A stretch of 64,000 nt of DNA from positions 13,208 to 77,207 of the forward strand of contig JACNKA010000077.1 in NCBI GenBank assembly GCA_014382285.1, given 5' to 3'. This DNA comes from Nitrospinota bacterium. GTDB lineage: Bacteria > Nitrospinota > Nitrospinia > Nitrospinales > VA-1. A program made the position numbers and the translations under genes. Below are positions 39,091 through 50,300 of the stretch, piece by piece. How positions within the stretch are numbered: the stretch's first letter is position 1; each line of letters opens with the position of its first letter. Below the pieces are notes generated by a model, which had not been told where the DNA came from, searched no databases, and saw only the letters and a program-made list of their open reading frames with translations.

Positions 39091-40059
39091 CTATTTTTTT
39101 CTTTTCTGGTTGTTGAACTGGTCGAGAATATCCAAGGCTATTTCCAGCGAATAAAGTTCGTCATTCACCGCAACATTGCGAGGGCTTTCATTTTTAACGC
39201 AATCAAGGAAATGCTGGAGCTCCAGCTTGAGGGGATTATCTTTGTGGACAAAAATTCGTTCGACCAGCGATTCCTGCTTGTACCGCAGTGAGTCCTTGCT
39301 CATTTGATGCTCTGAGGAGGATTTGCGGTGCACATAAATTTCCTGATCGGTGTAATCCAAAACCACGAATGAGTCTTTCTGGGTTACCGATAAGGTTCGG
39401 ACTTTATTCTGTGAAACCCGGCTGGCAACAATATTGGCAATGCACCCATTTTCAAATTCGAGTTGAGCGCTCACCAGGTCATCTTTTTCAGAAAAAACCG
39501 AAGCCCCAAGAACATGTGATGCAACCACTTTGGATTTGATCAGGTTAAGAATGATATCTATATCATGGATCATAATATCCAGAATCACTCCATCATCCCT
39601 GATCCTTTCTGTGAAAGGCCCCATGCGCTTGCATTCGACAAAAAGCGGGACTTCAACAATTTTGTGGAGTTCCTGCACTGCCCCATTGAAACGTTCCACG
39701 TGACCGATATGCAAAGTCAGGTTATTGTCCTGAGCTATTTTAAATAGCTCGCGGGCGTGATCGAGGTTGTTGGCACAAGGTTTTTCCAGTAGAACATGGA
39801 TGCCATTATTAAGCAGCTCCTTGGTGACAGGATAGTGCAGCGTTGTAGGCACCGCAACTACTGCGACATCAACTTGCCCAAAAAGATCCTTGCAGTCCGT
39901 AAAGGTAGGTGCGTGGTAGATATCCTGAATGGCCTTTCGACGTTCAGGATCAACATCCACCACCCCGGCAAGCTCAACCCTCTGCATCTCGGATAGAACT
40001 CCGACATGATATGCACCCATTCTCCCCGCTCCCACCACACCAACTCTTACCTTTGCCAC
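39091..40059 (-). CDS. Gfo/Idh/MocA-family NAD-dependent oxidoreductase (GnnA-like candidate)
   Basis: 322 aa. It has VRVGVVGAGRMGAYH (Rossmann) and the EKP motif (LLEKPCA). The GTG start overlaps the lpxA TAG by 1 nt. Confidence 0.85.
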   Translation of the reverse strand: MAKVRVGVVGAGRMGAYHVGVLSEMQRVELAGVVDVDPERRKAIQDIYHAPTFTDCKDLFGQVDVAVVAVPTTLHYPVTKELLNNGIHVLLEKPCANNLDHARELFKIAQDNNLTLHIGHVERFNGAVQELHKIVEVPLFVECKRMGPFTERIRDDGVILDIMIHDIDIILNLIKSKVVASHVLGASVFSEKDDLVSAQLEFENGCIANIVASRVSQNKVRTLSVTQKDSFVVLDYTDQEIYVHRKSSSEHQMSKDSLRYKQESLVERIFVHKDNPLKLELQHFLDCVKNESPRNVAVNDELYSLEIALDILDQFNNQKRKK

Positions 40060-40829
40060 TATTTGGTCACTCCTCTGGAGGAATCTTTTATAAAATTAAT
40101 GAGCTGTTGAACTTCGTCAAACATCTCAATTTCTGCTATAATTTTTTCCACAGCCTGGCTGGTGTTCAGTTCTGGTTGGACAATGAATTTTAACGCTGTT
40201 TTGATTGCCACTCTGATATCCGGCTTGAAGTTTGCCCGCTTGAGTCCCACTGTGTTAGCGCTGTAAAGTTGAGCCGGGTTTCCCTCCACAGTGGAAAAGG
40301 GCAGGACATCCTGATTCACACGCGCCATCCCTCCAACCATAGCATACCGGCCTATTCGGACAAACTGATGGATGCCCACCAGGCCCGAAATAAAAGCCTT
40401 GTCTTCTACCATAACATGACCAGCAAGAGCCGTGCTATTTACAATCACTACCTGATTGCCTATCTCGCAGTCATGACCCACATGCGAATAGGCCATAAGC
40501 ATGCAACCGTTACCAACCCGGGTAACACCATTTTCAAAACCCGAACGATGAATGGTGACATATTCCCGAATCACTGTTTCATCGCCAATTTCCAGCGAAC
40601 TGGAAACGTTTTGAAAATTCGCAATCTGCGGTTCTCCACCAAGCGAAGCACCATGAAAAATCTTACAGTTCCTGCCGATGATCGTACCCGCTTCAATCAA
40701 TACGTTAGGGCCTACAAACGTCCCCTCGCCGATTTGGGCTTCCGGGCCAATAGTGGTGAAAGGACCCACCTCGACTCCTTGGGCCAGCTTCGCATCTGGG
40801 TGAATGACTGCACTGGAATGAATGGTCAC
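40059..40829 (-). CDS. lpxA: acyl-ACP--UDP-N-acetylglucosamine O-acyltransferase
   Basis: 256 aa with left-handed beta-helix hexapeptide repeats and MTIHSSAVIHPDAKLAQGVEVGPF. Confidence 0.93.
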   Translation of the reverse strand: MTIHSSAVIHPDAKLAQGVEVGPFTTIGPEAQIGEGTFVGPNVLIEAGTIIGRNCKIFHGASLGGEPQIANFQNVSSSLEIGDETVIREYVTIHRSGFENGVTRVGNGCMLMAYSHVGHDCEIGNQVVIVNSTALAGHVMVEDKAFISGLVGIHQFVRIGRYAMVGGMARVNQDVLPFSTVEGNPAQLYSANTVGLKRANFKPDIRVAIKTALKFIVQPELNTSQAVEKIIAEIEMFDEVQQLINFIKDSSRGVTK

Positions 40830-40909
40830 GATCTAAAGGATGAAGCCGTCATGATTGACCAGAAAAAGACACGCAAAATAAAAATGGTGAGTCTGCCCCG
40901 CTTACAAAA

Positions 40910-41341
40910 TCAGTCTTTACCGAGCATAGCCTGAATCGTACACTCTGTGGCTAATGCATCGCCTACATACGCTTTACCTTCAAATCGGAAAAGCGTTCCT
41001 CTTTGCTTGATTTTAGTCAGCTCCAAACGCAATTGATCTCCCGGAACAACAGGCTTCCTGAATTTTGCTCCGTCAATACCAGTGAAGAATACGGAAGACT
41101 GACCCTCCTTCTTCATAATTTTAATTCCTAAAATGCAGGCCACCTGCGCAAGGGCCTCGATAATAAGCACACCTGGCATAACAGGGAACTCCGGGAAATG
41201 CCCCTGAAAAAAAGGTTCATTGACAGTCACATTTTTGATGCCGACAATTCGGGATTCCATATCACATTCGATAATCTTATCGACCAATAGAAAAGGATAT
41301 CTATGGGGAATGGTCTTTTTGATTTCGTTAATATCCATCAT
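40910..41341 (-). CDS. fabZ: 3-hydroxyacyl-ACP dehydratase
   Basis: 143 aa. It has IPHRYPFLLVDKI and GHFPEFPVMPGVLIIEA. Confidence 0.95.
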   Translation of the reverse strand: MMDINEIKKTIPHRYPFLLVDKIIECDMESRIVGIKNVTVNEPFFQGHFPEFPVMPGVLIIEALAQVACILGIKIMKKEGQSSVFFTGIDGAKFRKPVVPGDQLRLELTKIKQRGTLFRFEGKAYVGDALATECTIQAMLGKD

Positions 41342-41446
41342 ATCGGGAATCCGTTCTTACTGTTGAAAGCCTGCGGCTTTTCCAGGGATTTCAGCGGGTT
41401 CAAGCGCGGGATCAAGCAGACTATTTTAGTCGAAGTTCAACCAAAA

Positions 41447-41989
41447 CTATTTATTAGTCCTGTCATAAGCTCGGGTTGCGATGTCAGTTAAATCGTTACC
41501 CTTATCATGATAGAGAACGACTTTCTGCTCCAGAATCATTGTATATTTCTTTTCTTTACCAATTTTTTGTATGACATCCATCATTTTAAGCAGAATTTGT
41601 TGAGTCATCTCTTTTTCTTTTTTGCTAAAATCTGCGTTCTTATCCTGAACGTATCTTTCAAAATCGATTTTTTCTTTTCTGAACTCATCTTCTTTTTTCT
41701 TTTTCAGATCAGGATCCAGAACAAAACTTTGCTTGTTCAAATTCTCCAACATTATTTTGATCTTCTGTTCCTTGGTTTTGATCCTTTTTTTCTCTTTGGT
41801 AAAATCTTCTTTAAATTTATCAAAATTGGTTTTCCACTGTTTAGTGCTGGAAACCGCTTTTTGAACATTCAAAAAACCTATCCGACTATCTGCGGCAAAC
41901 GCAGAAACAGTAAAAAGCCCACAAATCAAAAAACCTGAAATGAGTAGAGAGCCGACGATCCTTAACTTCCTGAAAATTGTTAACCGCAT
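41447..41989 (-). CDS. skp: OmpH/Skp-family periplasmic chaperone
   Basis: 180 aa with a signal peptide and a lysine/glutamate-rich coiled region. It lies directly downstream of bamA. Confidence 0.8.
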   Translation of the reverse strand: MRLTIFRKLRIVGSLLISGFLICGLFTVSAFAADSRIGFLNVQKAVSSTKQWKTNFDKFKEDFTKEKKRIKTKEQKIKIMLENLNKQSFVLDPDLKKKKEDEFRKEKIDFERYVQDKNADFSKKEKEMTQQILLKMMDVIQKIGKEKKYTMILEQKVVLYHDKGNDLTDIATRAYDRTNK

Positions 41990-42010
41990 AAACCTGATCC
42001 TTTCTAAAGT

Positions 42011-44281
42011 TTAAAATGCGCTTCCTGCAGAGAAATGAAATTGTGCAGCTTCTTCGCCGGTCTGCTGGTCCAGTTTAAATCCATAGGCAAAACCCAGAGG
42101 ACCAAAAGGGCTGATAAAACGAATACCCGCACCTACGCTACTGCGCATTTCTCCCAAGTCAAAATTTTTCGCTGTTGTATTGGTATTAAAACCCGTGCCA
42201 TAAACATTTCCACGGTCATAAAACAAAAACCCGCGAAAAGATTTGGTGAAGGGGTATTGCACTTCTAAATTAACCAAAAGTGATTGGCTACCCCCTACAG
42301 GGTTGCCCCTACTATCTTTTGGCCCGATGTCCTGGATTGTAAAACCTCGCAGGGAAGTCGGCCCTCCCATGAAGTACCTTTCAAAGCCGGGAAGTTTTTC
42401 TCCACCATACCCATCCCCATAATTAACCCGGCCATGTGCCGCACCAACGAGTTTCCCTACTATAGGGCGGTAATACGTCACTTCATAGACGGATTTAGAG
42501 AATTTCGCGCCACCCAGCCCGGCAAGCTCAAATCCTACCATATGCCTCCACCCCTTGGAAGGATTTAAAAAGTTATCCCGCGAATCGTGGACAAAGGTGG
42601 GCGCTACTCTACTGGTTACACGAGTTCCATTTTTAAAGAATGCTGTTTCAGAGTCAGCACTCAGACCCGAGACGTCCACATTTTCCAGACGGTATCTGAA
42701 GCTAAGCAAATCATACTCAGAAATATTTTTACCTAAACGAAAACCGCCTCCGGTTGACTGGGAATTGAAGCTAAGAAAGTCCTGATCCCGGTTAAACGCA
42801 TCGATTCCCAGCAATATTTCGGAGTCAAGCAGACGCGGCTCGGTAAAGCTTAAATTGAAATCTGCACGGATGGAGGATAACTGAGCATTCAAGTTCAAAC
42901 GCTGACCATTTCCAAAAAGGTTGTTCTGGGCAATGGAGGTGGTGAAAATTAAATTCTCGACCGAGCTAAAACCGGCACCAATCGAGAACGACCCGGAAGG
43001 CTTTTCAGTCACTGTAGTAAGAATATCAATGAGGTCGGGGTCCTGCCCTCTATGGGTATCAATCTTAACATCTTCAAAAAAATTAAGATTATTGATCCGT
43101 TGTTTGCTCCGCTTCAGTTTGGAGCCATCAAACAACTCCCCTTCTTTTAGACGGAATTCGCGGCGGATAACATTGTCTCGGGTTTGAAGGTTTCCTAAAA
43201 TCTCTATACTGCCAACATAAACCTTTTTGCCCTTATCGACTTCGATGGACAACTCAACGGTGCGGTCATCATCGTTTAACTTGGAGATCGGGTTCGCGTC
43301 AGCATAGGCATAACCTTTTTTTGAATACAAATCGGCAATCGTTAAAATATCCTGACGCAGCTGAGACACGTTATAGATGTCTCCCATCTTGGTCTGAATG
43401 CTTTTTTGAATTTCATCTGAGGAGACCACATCATCACTTTTTAAAGCCAAACTCTTCACGCGGAACTGTGGGCCTTCCTCAACCGGAACTGTGATATGAA
43501 CTTGTTTGGCCTTTTTGTTGATATCAATACGAGGTTCCAACACTTTGACCCTGAGATAGCCGTTATCGTGATAAAAACCTTCTATCCGGAACATATCCAG
43601 CTTTAAGATATCTTTTTGGTACACCCCTGAATCATCCACAAAGGAATACCATGTCTTTTCCTGGGTTTCCATCTGCTCCTGGAGGTCTTTATCCGGGAAA
43701 GACTTGTTTCCCGAAAAACGAATCTTTTCAATTTTTACCTTTTCCCCCTCCTTGATTCGGATCGAAACATTGACCAGGTTTCCCTGGACAGGCTGAGTAT
43801 CAATATTGGCCTGGGCAAAAAAGTACCCTTTCTCACGATAAAGCTTGAGGATCTCCTCACTGCTTTCCAAAATCATGTGGTCATTAAAAGTCGCCCCCCG
43901 CTTCAATCCAATTTTTTCCCGGATGTCATTGGCGTCAATCTTGTCATTACCCACAATTTCGACATCCCCGATTGAGGGAATCTCTTCAACAAAAAACTCA
44001 ACTTCCAGCCCTTTCAGGGCTTCTCGCGTTTCAACACGGATATCCTTGAATTGCCCCAAGCTGTATATTTGCTCAATATCCTCACGGATCTGTTTTTTGG
44101 AAAGCACGGTGCCAGACTTAGACTTGATGTAATAGAGAATCGTAGACTCATCAATCCGCTTGTTTCCCTCGATCCTCACAGACTCAATAACTTCACCTTC
44201 TTGAGCAGACCCAAAGGGAACCAGCGCAAAGAAAACGAAACCAATGAGGGTCGCAAAAAAAATGTGGGCTTTTTTTAGCAT
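42011..44281 (-). CDS. bamA: outer membrane protein assembly factor BamA
   Basis: I place the start at ATG 44281 (MLKKAHIFFATLIGFVFFALVPFGSAQEG, a signal peptide). It has POTRA repeats and a C-terminal Omp85 barrel ending ...FHFSAGSAF. Confidence 0.93.
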   Translation of the reverse strand: MLKKAHIFFATLIGFVFFALVPFGSAQEGEVIESVRIEGNKRIDESTILYYIKSKSGTVLSKKQIREDIEQIYSLGQFKDIRVETREALKGLEVEFFVEEIPSIGDVEIVGNDKIDANDIREKIGLKRGATFNDHMILESSEEILKLYREKGYFFAQANIDTQPVQGNLVNVSIRIKEGEKVKIEKIRFSGNKSFPDKDLQEQMETQEKTWYSFVDDSGVYQKDILKLDMFRIEGFYHDNGYLRVKVLEPRIDINKKAKQVHITVPVEEGPQFRVKSLALKSDDVVSSDEIQKSIQTKMGDIYNVSQLRQDILTIADLYSKKGYAYADANPISKLNDDDRTVELSIEVDKGKKVYVGSIEILGNLQTRDNVIRREFRLKEGELFDGSKLKRSKQRINNLNFFEDVKIDTHRGQDPDLIDILTTVTEKPSGSFSIGAGFSSVENLIFTTSIAQNNLFGNGQRLNLNAQLSSIRADFNLSFTEPRLLDSEILLGIDAFNRDQDFLSFNSQSTGGGFRLGKNISEYDLLSFRYRLENVDVSGLSADSETAFFKNGTRVTSRVAPTFVHDSRDNFLNPSKGWRHMVGFELAGLGGAKFSKSVYEVTYYRPIVGKLVGAAHGRVNYGDGYGGEKLPGFERYFMGGPTSLRGFTIQDIGPKDSRGNPVGGSQSLLVNLEVQYPFTKSFRGFLFYDRGNVYGTGFNTNTTAKNFDLGEMRSSVGAGIRFISPFGPLGFAYGFKLDQQTGEEAAQFHFSAGSAF

Positions 44282-44440
44282 TCGGCCAGAACTATCTGAA
44301 ATTTCTAGAGTTATCAGGGTGAAACCTTGCCTGGCATTTCCAGGCAAAAAAAAGCACTAAGTCCCAGAAGTATAACCCACTGAAACTTAATACTTTAAAT
44401 ATTTTTCATCATCGCTTCCGCTTAAGCGGAGAAATTTTTA

Positions 44441-46870
44441 TCAACCAACTTTAACAGCTCCGGTCTTTTCAACAAACACTAAGCTGTCATCCTGCAGGCT
44501 AACCTCAATGAGTCCGCCATTTTTGAATCGACCTTTGAGCATTTCATCAGACAGAACATCTTCTAAATGTTTTTGAATCGCTCGTTTCAAGGGCCGGGCA
44601 CCAAAATTAGCATCAAAGCCCTTTTCAGCCAGCCATCTTTTCGCGCCAGGAGTCACATCAATGGTTAACCCCTGCTGGATCAACTGCTCATTGAGGATGT
44701 TCAATTGAACATCAAGAATCTCGACAATATTCTCCAATTCCAGAGGACGGAAGACCACTGTCTCACTCAAGCGATTGAGAAACTCTGGGTTGAAGGTCTT
44801 TTTCAAGTCCTGCTTCAATTCCTTTTGCATCTTATCGTAGTTCAGCTCATCATCATCCTTGTGGAATCCGAGACTGGTTCCCTTTTCCAGCATCCGGGAA
44901 CTGATGTTAGAGGTAAGAATCACAACCGTATTCTTAAAATCCACCACCCGACCATAACTATCGGTCAACCTGCCATCGTCCATGATCTGCAACAGGAGGT
45001 GGTAAATATCCGGATTGGCCTTTTCGATCTCATCAAAAAGAACCACCGAATAAGGCTTACGACGCACTTTTTCTGTCAACTGACCGCCTTCTTCATAACC
45101 AACATATCCGGGGGGTGCTCCAGTCAAGCGGGACACATTAAATTTTTCCATATACTCCGACATATCCAGCCGGATGAGCGCATCCTCATTGCCAAACAGG
45201 AATTCGGCCAGAACCTTTGCTAATTCTGTTTTACCAACACCGGTTGGCCCCAGAAACAGAAAGGTACCAATCGGTCTTTTCATATCTTTCAAACCAGAGC
45301 GGGATCGGCGGATCGCCTTGGTCAGCACTTTGATAGCCTCACCCTGACCGACCACTTTACCAGCCAGTTCATTTTCCATGTCTATGAGACGTGCACTTTC
45401 CTTCTCTTCAATTCGGGAGAGAGGTATTCCGGTCATGCTGGAAACAACATCAGCAATATCATCTTCTGTGATGCTAGGCTCACTGACATCGCGGCCCTTA
45501 TCCCAGTCTGCTTTCACCACATCCAGCTTATCGCGCAACTCTTCTTCTTTGTCGCGCAATTCAACAGCCTTTTCAAACTCCTGATTTTCGATGCAGATTT
45601 TCTTGTCGCGAATGACAATGTCTATATCTCGTTGAATTTTTTTCATCTCAGGAGATTGAGTGATTTCACGTAGCCGTACTCTGGACCCCGCCTCATCAAT
45701 CACGTCAATAGCTTTATCAGGGAGAAACCGGTCACTGATATATCGCTCGGCAAACCGAACCGCAGTAACAATCGCTTCGTCCGAGATTTTTGCCCTGTGA
45801 TGCAATTCATACGGAACTTTCAACCCCTTGATGATCTCAATAGTTTCTTCCACCGTCGGCGGATTCACAATGATGGGCTGAAAACGTCTTTCCAACGCGC
45901 CATTCTTCTCAATATATTTCCGGTACTCTTCCAAAGTGGTGGCTCCGATGCATTGAATCTCACCACGGGAAAGAGCTGGCTTGAGCATATTGGAAGCATC
46001 TACCGAACCTTCAGCAGCCCCCGCTCCAACCAAGGTATGCAACTCGTCAACAAACAAAATGACACTGTCATTCTGGATGATTTCTTTCATGATGCCTTTG
46101 AGGCGGGCTTCAAACTGACCGCGATATTTTGTGCCTGCGATTAGAGAGCCTAAATCCAGCGAGACCACTCGTTTCTCAAAAAGAGTATCTGGCACTTCCC
46201 GTTCGGCAATAAGCTGAGCCAGTCCTTCAACGATCGCGGTTTTACCAACGCCCGGCTCACCAATCAATACCGGATTATTTTTGGTGCGACGGCTGAGAAT
46301 CTGAATCACCCGTTCTATTTCCTTGGCCCGACCAATAACCGGGTCCAGCTTCCCGTCGATCGCCATTTTCGTCAAGTCACGGCTGAATTCATCCAGAGTC
46401 GGGGTCTTGCCCACTTCGCGGTTGCTCTCGGTGGGTTCCTTGAACATTTCCACGATTTTTTCCCGGACATCATCAAAGAACATACCGAAACTATTCAGAA
46501 CCCGGCAAGCAACGCCCTCTTTCTCCTTCAAAAGACCCAGGAGAAGATGCTCAGTGCCAATATAATTATGATTCAGGGCTCGCGCTTCCTCTACCGCAAA
46601 TTCTAAAACTTTCTTGGCGCGGGAGGTGAAAGGAATATCCCCAATGATCAGCGAGTTTGAACTACGAGGCAGGTTTTTTTCCAACTCCTTTTTCAATTGA
46701 GTCAGATCCACTCCGCTTTTTTGAACAATGGCAACAGCAATGCCCCCACCATCCTTGATAACACCCTGCAAAATATGTTCTGTGCCTAAATATTCGTGGC
46801 GGTAAAGTTCAGCTTCCTCGCGAGCAAGGATTATGACCCTTCGCGCCCTCTCTGTGAATCGCTTAAACAT
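44441..46870 (-). CDS. clpC: ATP-dependent Clp protease ATP-binding subunit, ClpC-type
   Basis: 809 aa. It has a Clp_N repeat, Walker A motifs GEPGVGKT and GPTGVGKT, and a UVR-like linker ([17 protein letters not shown]). Confidence 0.9.
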   Translation of the reverse strand: MFKRFTERARRVIILAREEAELYRHEYLGTEHILQGVIKDGGGIAVAIVQKSGVDLTQLKKELEKNLPRSSNSLIIGDIPFTSRAKKVLEFAVEEARALNHNYIGTEHLLLGLLKEKEGVACRVLNSFGMFFDDVREKIVEMFKEPTESNREVGKTPTLDEFSRDLTKMAIDGKLDPVIGRAKEIERVIQILSRRTKNNPVLIGEPGVGKTAIVEGLAQLIAEREVPDTLFEKRVVSLDLGSLIAGTKYRGQFEARLKGIMKEIIQNDSVILFVDELHTLVGAGAAEGSVDASNMLKPALSRGEIQCIGATTLEEYRKYIEKNGALERRFQPIIVNPPTVEETIEIIKGLKVPYELHHRAKISDEAIVTAVRFAERYISDRFLPDKAIDVIDEAGSRVRLREITQSPEMKKIQRDIDIVIRDKKICIENQEFEKAVELRDKEEELRDKLDVVKADWDKGRDVSEPSITEDDIADVVSSMTGIPLSRIEEKESARLIDMENELAGKVVGQGEAIKVLTKAIRRSRSGLKDMKRPIGTFLFLGPTGVGKTELAKVLAEFLFGNEDALIRLDMSEYMEKFNVSRLTGAPPGYVGYEEGGQLTEKVRRKPYSVVLFDEIEKANPDIYHLLLQIMDDGRLTDSYGRVVDFKNTVVILTSNISSRMLEKGTSLGFHKDDDELNYDKMQKELKQDLKKTFNPEFLNRLSETVVFRPLELENIVEILDVQLNILNEQLIQQGLTIDVTPGAKRWLAEKGFDANFGARPLKRAIQKHLEDVLSDEMLKGRFKNGGLIEVSLQDDSLVFVEKTGAVKVG

Positions 46871-47291
46871 GATTCAATTTGCCTCAAAAATAGCGGATTT
46901 ATAATCTGACAAGAGGCCCGCAGAAGTAAAACTGCAGAGCAACATCCCTTGTTTTATATTCGGGTTTACTTCCCTATTATCTTAACAAATGATGCCAATT
47001 ATACAAAGGGTTTATTTCCCCCCGACTCTGACCACCCAAAGCCTTTTTTTTCAGAGGGTTACCCTGTCATCCCACAACCCGCCAGACAGGTAAATCCAGT
47101 CTGGCAATGGTTTTCTTATCGGCTGGAAATTAAAAGGACTTGAAACCTGATTTGAGCAGAAAGAAGATCGGACCAGCGGTGGAATACAATCTCCTATGAG
47201 AATGGGATCTTTGCGGGGGAGGCAGATAGCAATGACTTGTTAAGCCGCCCACACGTTTTGTCCGCCAACTGAACTTATTGCTCACTGGCAG

Positions 47292-47383
47292 CATGTGATA
47301 TCTCCTTCACTTGTTTTACCCTTGCAGGGCACGAAATTTAATGAAGAGGGCATCACGCATTCCCCAAGGGGTGTGCCGAGTGG
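47292..47383 (+). repeat. family A structured intergenic repeat, copy 2 (short form)
   Basis: CATGTGATATCTCCTTCACTTGTTTTACCCTTGCAGGGCACGAAATTTAATGAAGAGGGCATCACGCATTCCCCAAGGGGTGTGCCGAGTGG. It ends 1 nt from the metH TGA (47385-47387). Upstream similarity extends to about 47205. Confidence 0.9.
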
Positions 47384-47384
47384 A

Positions 47385-50300
47385 TCAACTGTATCCAGCA
47401 TCCTTATGAAAACAGATCGCCGCCGCCGTCGTGCTGGGCGGATAAAACTCGTTCCCAGAGGTCAGGGTCACGCCAATATCCTCGGCCCCGAGAAGCTCCC
47501 AGATAACACGATTGTAAGTCAGGTCCGTTATGGCCGGGTAACCCGGACTGTAGCGCTGGCCCCGGTTGTCTTTTTTCGCCCCGATTCTCTGACGAAGCAG
47601 TTGGTGAATGTATTCCGCCAGGTCTTCAGCCACGCGGTCACTCAAACCCTGCAGGTATAATGCTGACTCACTGTCATGCTGCGCCTTGAACTCTTCAACG
47701 CCCGTTACGACCTTGTCGCCTGCGGTCGATATCTGCAATCCAATCACATCCCACTGCCCCGATGCTTTGCTGTGAAAATACTGTCCCACCGAAAAGACAT
47801 CCTTTCTTCCTTTTCCAATGCAGACATCGAACCGGAGCCGAGCTAATTCTTTGTCCCGGTCTTTCGGATCATAAATAATGACCTCATCGCCATCCGATTG
47901 CGCCGGGAAAAGCCCAAACCGGGCCTTGGGAACGATCCATCCACTGTCTTCGGCTTTTTCTATCCAGGTTTTTTCCAAAGCCTGAAGTTGTTGCAGGGTC
48001 ACTCCCTTATGAATCCAGCTTGATTTTTTGCCAAACTTCCAATTCAGGGAATACAAACTTTTTCTATCCATGCTTCCTGCAAGCTTATGCAACTTGAACT
48101 CGACCTTGTGAATTCCGTAACCGTCTGAAGGACTTTCATGATGCCTGAAGCTGATCTTTCTTCGCGGCAGGGTCTGTAAAAGCTCGTCTTTCTCCTCCTG
48201 AATTCCCTTGGCCTTTTGATATTCACGCAATAACTTTTCTTTATTTTCTTTCAGCAAGCCGGGACGTTGTTTGTTGTCCATGAGAAGTCCCATGGTGTTG
48301 ACGCCATCCATTCCGCTACCGCAATAAAAAATATTATCCAGAATCGCACCGGTATCATCGCCACCATGCATGGCCACATACCCGGCGTGGCGGGCGTTCA
48401 CAGGAGCACCCCCTAATAATAAAGGAATGGTGAATTTCTGTTCCAGCAACATTTTCGAAACGGTGATCATGTGATTGGAGGTTTGCACCAGCAATGCGCT
48501 CATGCCAATGGCATCGGCTTTTTCCTGTCTGGCCGTATCGATGAACCGGTCCAGCGGAACCTGCACACCCAGGTCGATCACCCGGTAACCGTAGTTTTCG
48601 AGCAACGTTTTTGCCAGATCTTTACCAATGCTATGCACATCCTGATAAACCGTGCCGATGACCACCACACCTTTATAGTCGATGGCCGCCCCTGGCTCGA
48701 CACCACTTTGAAAACGCATGAAACTTTCCAAAAACTGCATGACATGACGCATCACATCAGCACTTTTCAATAAATGCGGCAGACTCACTTCACCGCGACC
48801 AAACGCATCGCCCAACTCGCGCATGGATATCATAAGATGACCACTGATAAAATTCAGCGGTTCATGTTTGTCAATAGCTTTGGCAACATCGACCACTATT
48901 TTGTCTTTATAAGGGAACTCCCCACCCTCTTTGTTTATGACCCCTTCTTCCTTTTGTTTGAATCCATCCTTGATTCTTTGACAAATACTCTCCTCCAGAG
49001 AAAGATCGTCGTAATCAATTTTTTTTACCTGAACACCGGTTTTTTTCGTCTGCGCAATCACCTCCAGCTCTTCAAACGCTGTCATGTCGCGATCAAGTAT
49101 AACTTTTCGCGCCAACTCTACATCGCTTTCCGTCAGGCTTTCAAGCGGAACGTAATGATGTGGGTTCAATATGGCGCAGTCCAGCCCAGCCTTTCTGGCT
49201 TCATCCAAAAACACACTGGTCAAAACTTTTCGCATATAAGGCTTCGAAGCCAAGCCATTGGTCAGGTTGCCAACCCCGATACTTGTTTTTAAATCAGGAT
49301 GAATGGCTTTGATCCGTGGCAGGCACTTCAAGGTTTCGGCACAGAAGTTCAAACCTTCCACCGATTCCGACCCGATGGGGTAAGCGTTGACATCAATCAG
49401 AAGCTGATCGGGAGTCACACCATGATTTTCTTTCGCCTGGCGGACGATTTCCGCCGCCAGCTCATATTTTTCATCCGCCGTCTGCCCCGGCCCTTCCGGC
49501 CCGTTCACCAGCGCAACATACACAGGATGATGCTGTTTCGTTTGCGACAACACCGCATCCAACTTACTGACTCCAGCTTGATACTCTTCAAGGCTGATGG
49601 AGTTTATGATCGGCCTACCGGGATAGGACTCAATCGCCGTCTGCAACGCCTCAACAGAAAAAGAATCGATGCACATGACACCTTTGAAATCACTGGTCAG
49701 TTCATAAATCGCCTGCGGTAAAACCTTTTCCGTTTCGACAATATTACTGTCCATACAAACATCAATGATTTCGATGCCCAGGTCTTTGACCTGCTCTTCA
49801 ACAACTTCTTCCAAAACCGCCATCTGAATTCCGTCATCACGTTCCACCGCATCGCGAACTTTTTTACTGCCCCTCACATTCAGCCTCTCACCAATACGGA
49901 TCAATGCCTCAGAACTGCCCAGAGCCACCGCCTCCTGCGGACCCGATACAAATACCTGTTTCTCCAGTTTCTTTCTATTCGGAACCACTCCTTTTAACCG
50001 GTTCGATAAAGCGCGAATGTGTTCCGGTGTCGTTCCACAACAGCCGCCAACAATCGACACGCCCAATTCTTTAACGAAACGTTCTACATAATCCGCCATT
50101 TCTTCCGGCTCGAGCTTGTAACAGGTCTTTCCATCTTCGGAGACCGGCTGACCGGCGTTGGGGATAATGGAGATTGGCAAAGCACAAACCTTGCTCAGTT
50201 TTTCCACGGTTTTTTCCATCAACTCCGGCCCCGTATTGCAGTTGATGCCGAACGCCGAAATACCCATGCCCTCCACCGCAACGAGAGCCGCATGAATATC

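Noticed and set aside
40269-40934. Long antisense ORFs: 40269-40934 (221 aa, opposite lpxA), 50019-50684 (221 aa, opposite metH), 59596-60378 (260 aa, opposite the histidine kinase), 27675-28235, 38175-38696, 7374-7886 and 23942-24466.
   Set aside because: Each lies opposite a gene with unambiguous family motifs. Their translations are low-complexity and have no motifs or SD. They are shadow ORFs.
41380-41420. GCGGGTTCAAGCGCGGG resembles a tRNA T-arm. I also scanned the window generally for tRNA, rRNA and tmRNA.
   Set aside because: No acceptor stem or anticodon arm can be built around it, and I found no other tRNA-like cloverleaf or rRNA-like sequence. Manual scanning is imperfect; tRNAscan-SE or Infernal would settle it.
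46871-47291. CtsR operator (tandem GGTCAAA heptads) upstream of clpC.
   Set aside because: No such heptad repeat is present in the region.
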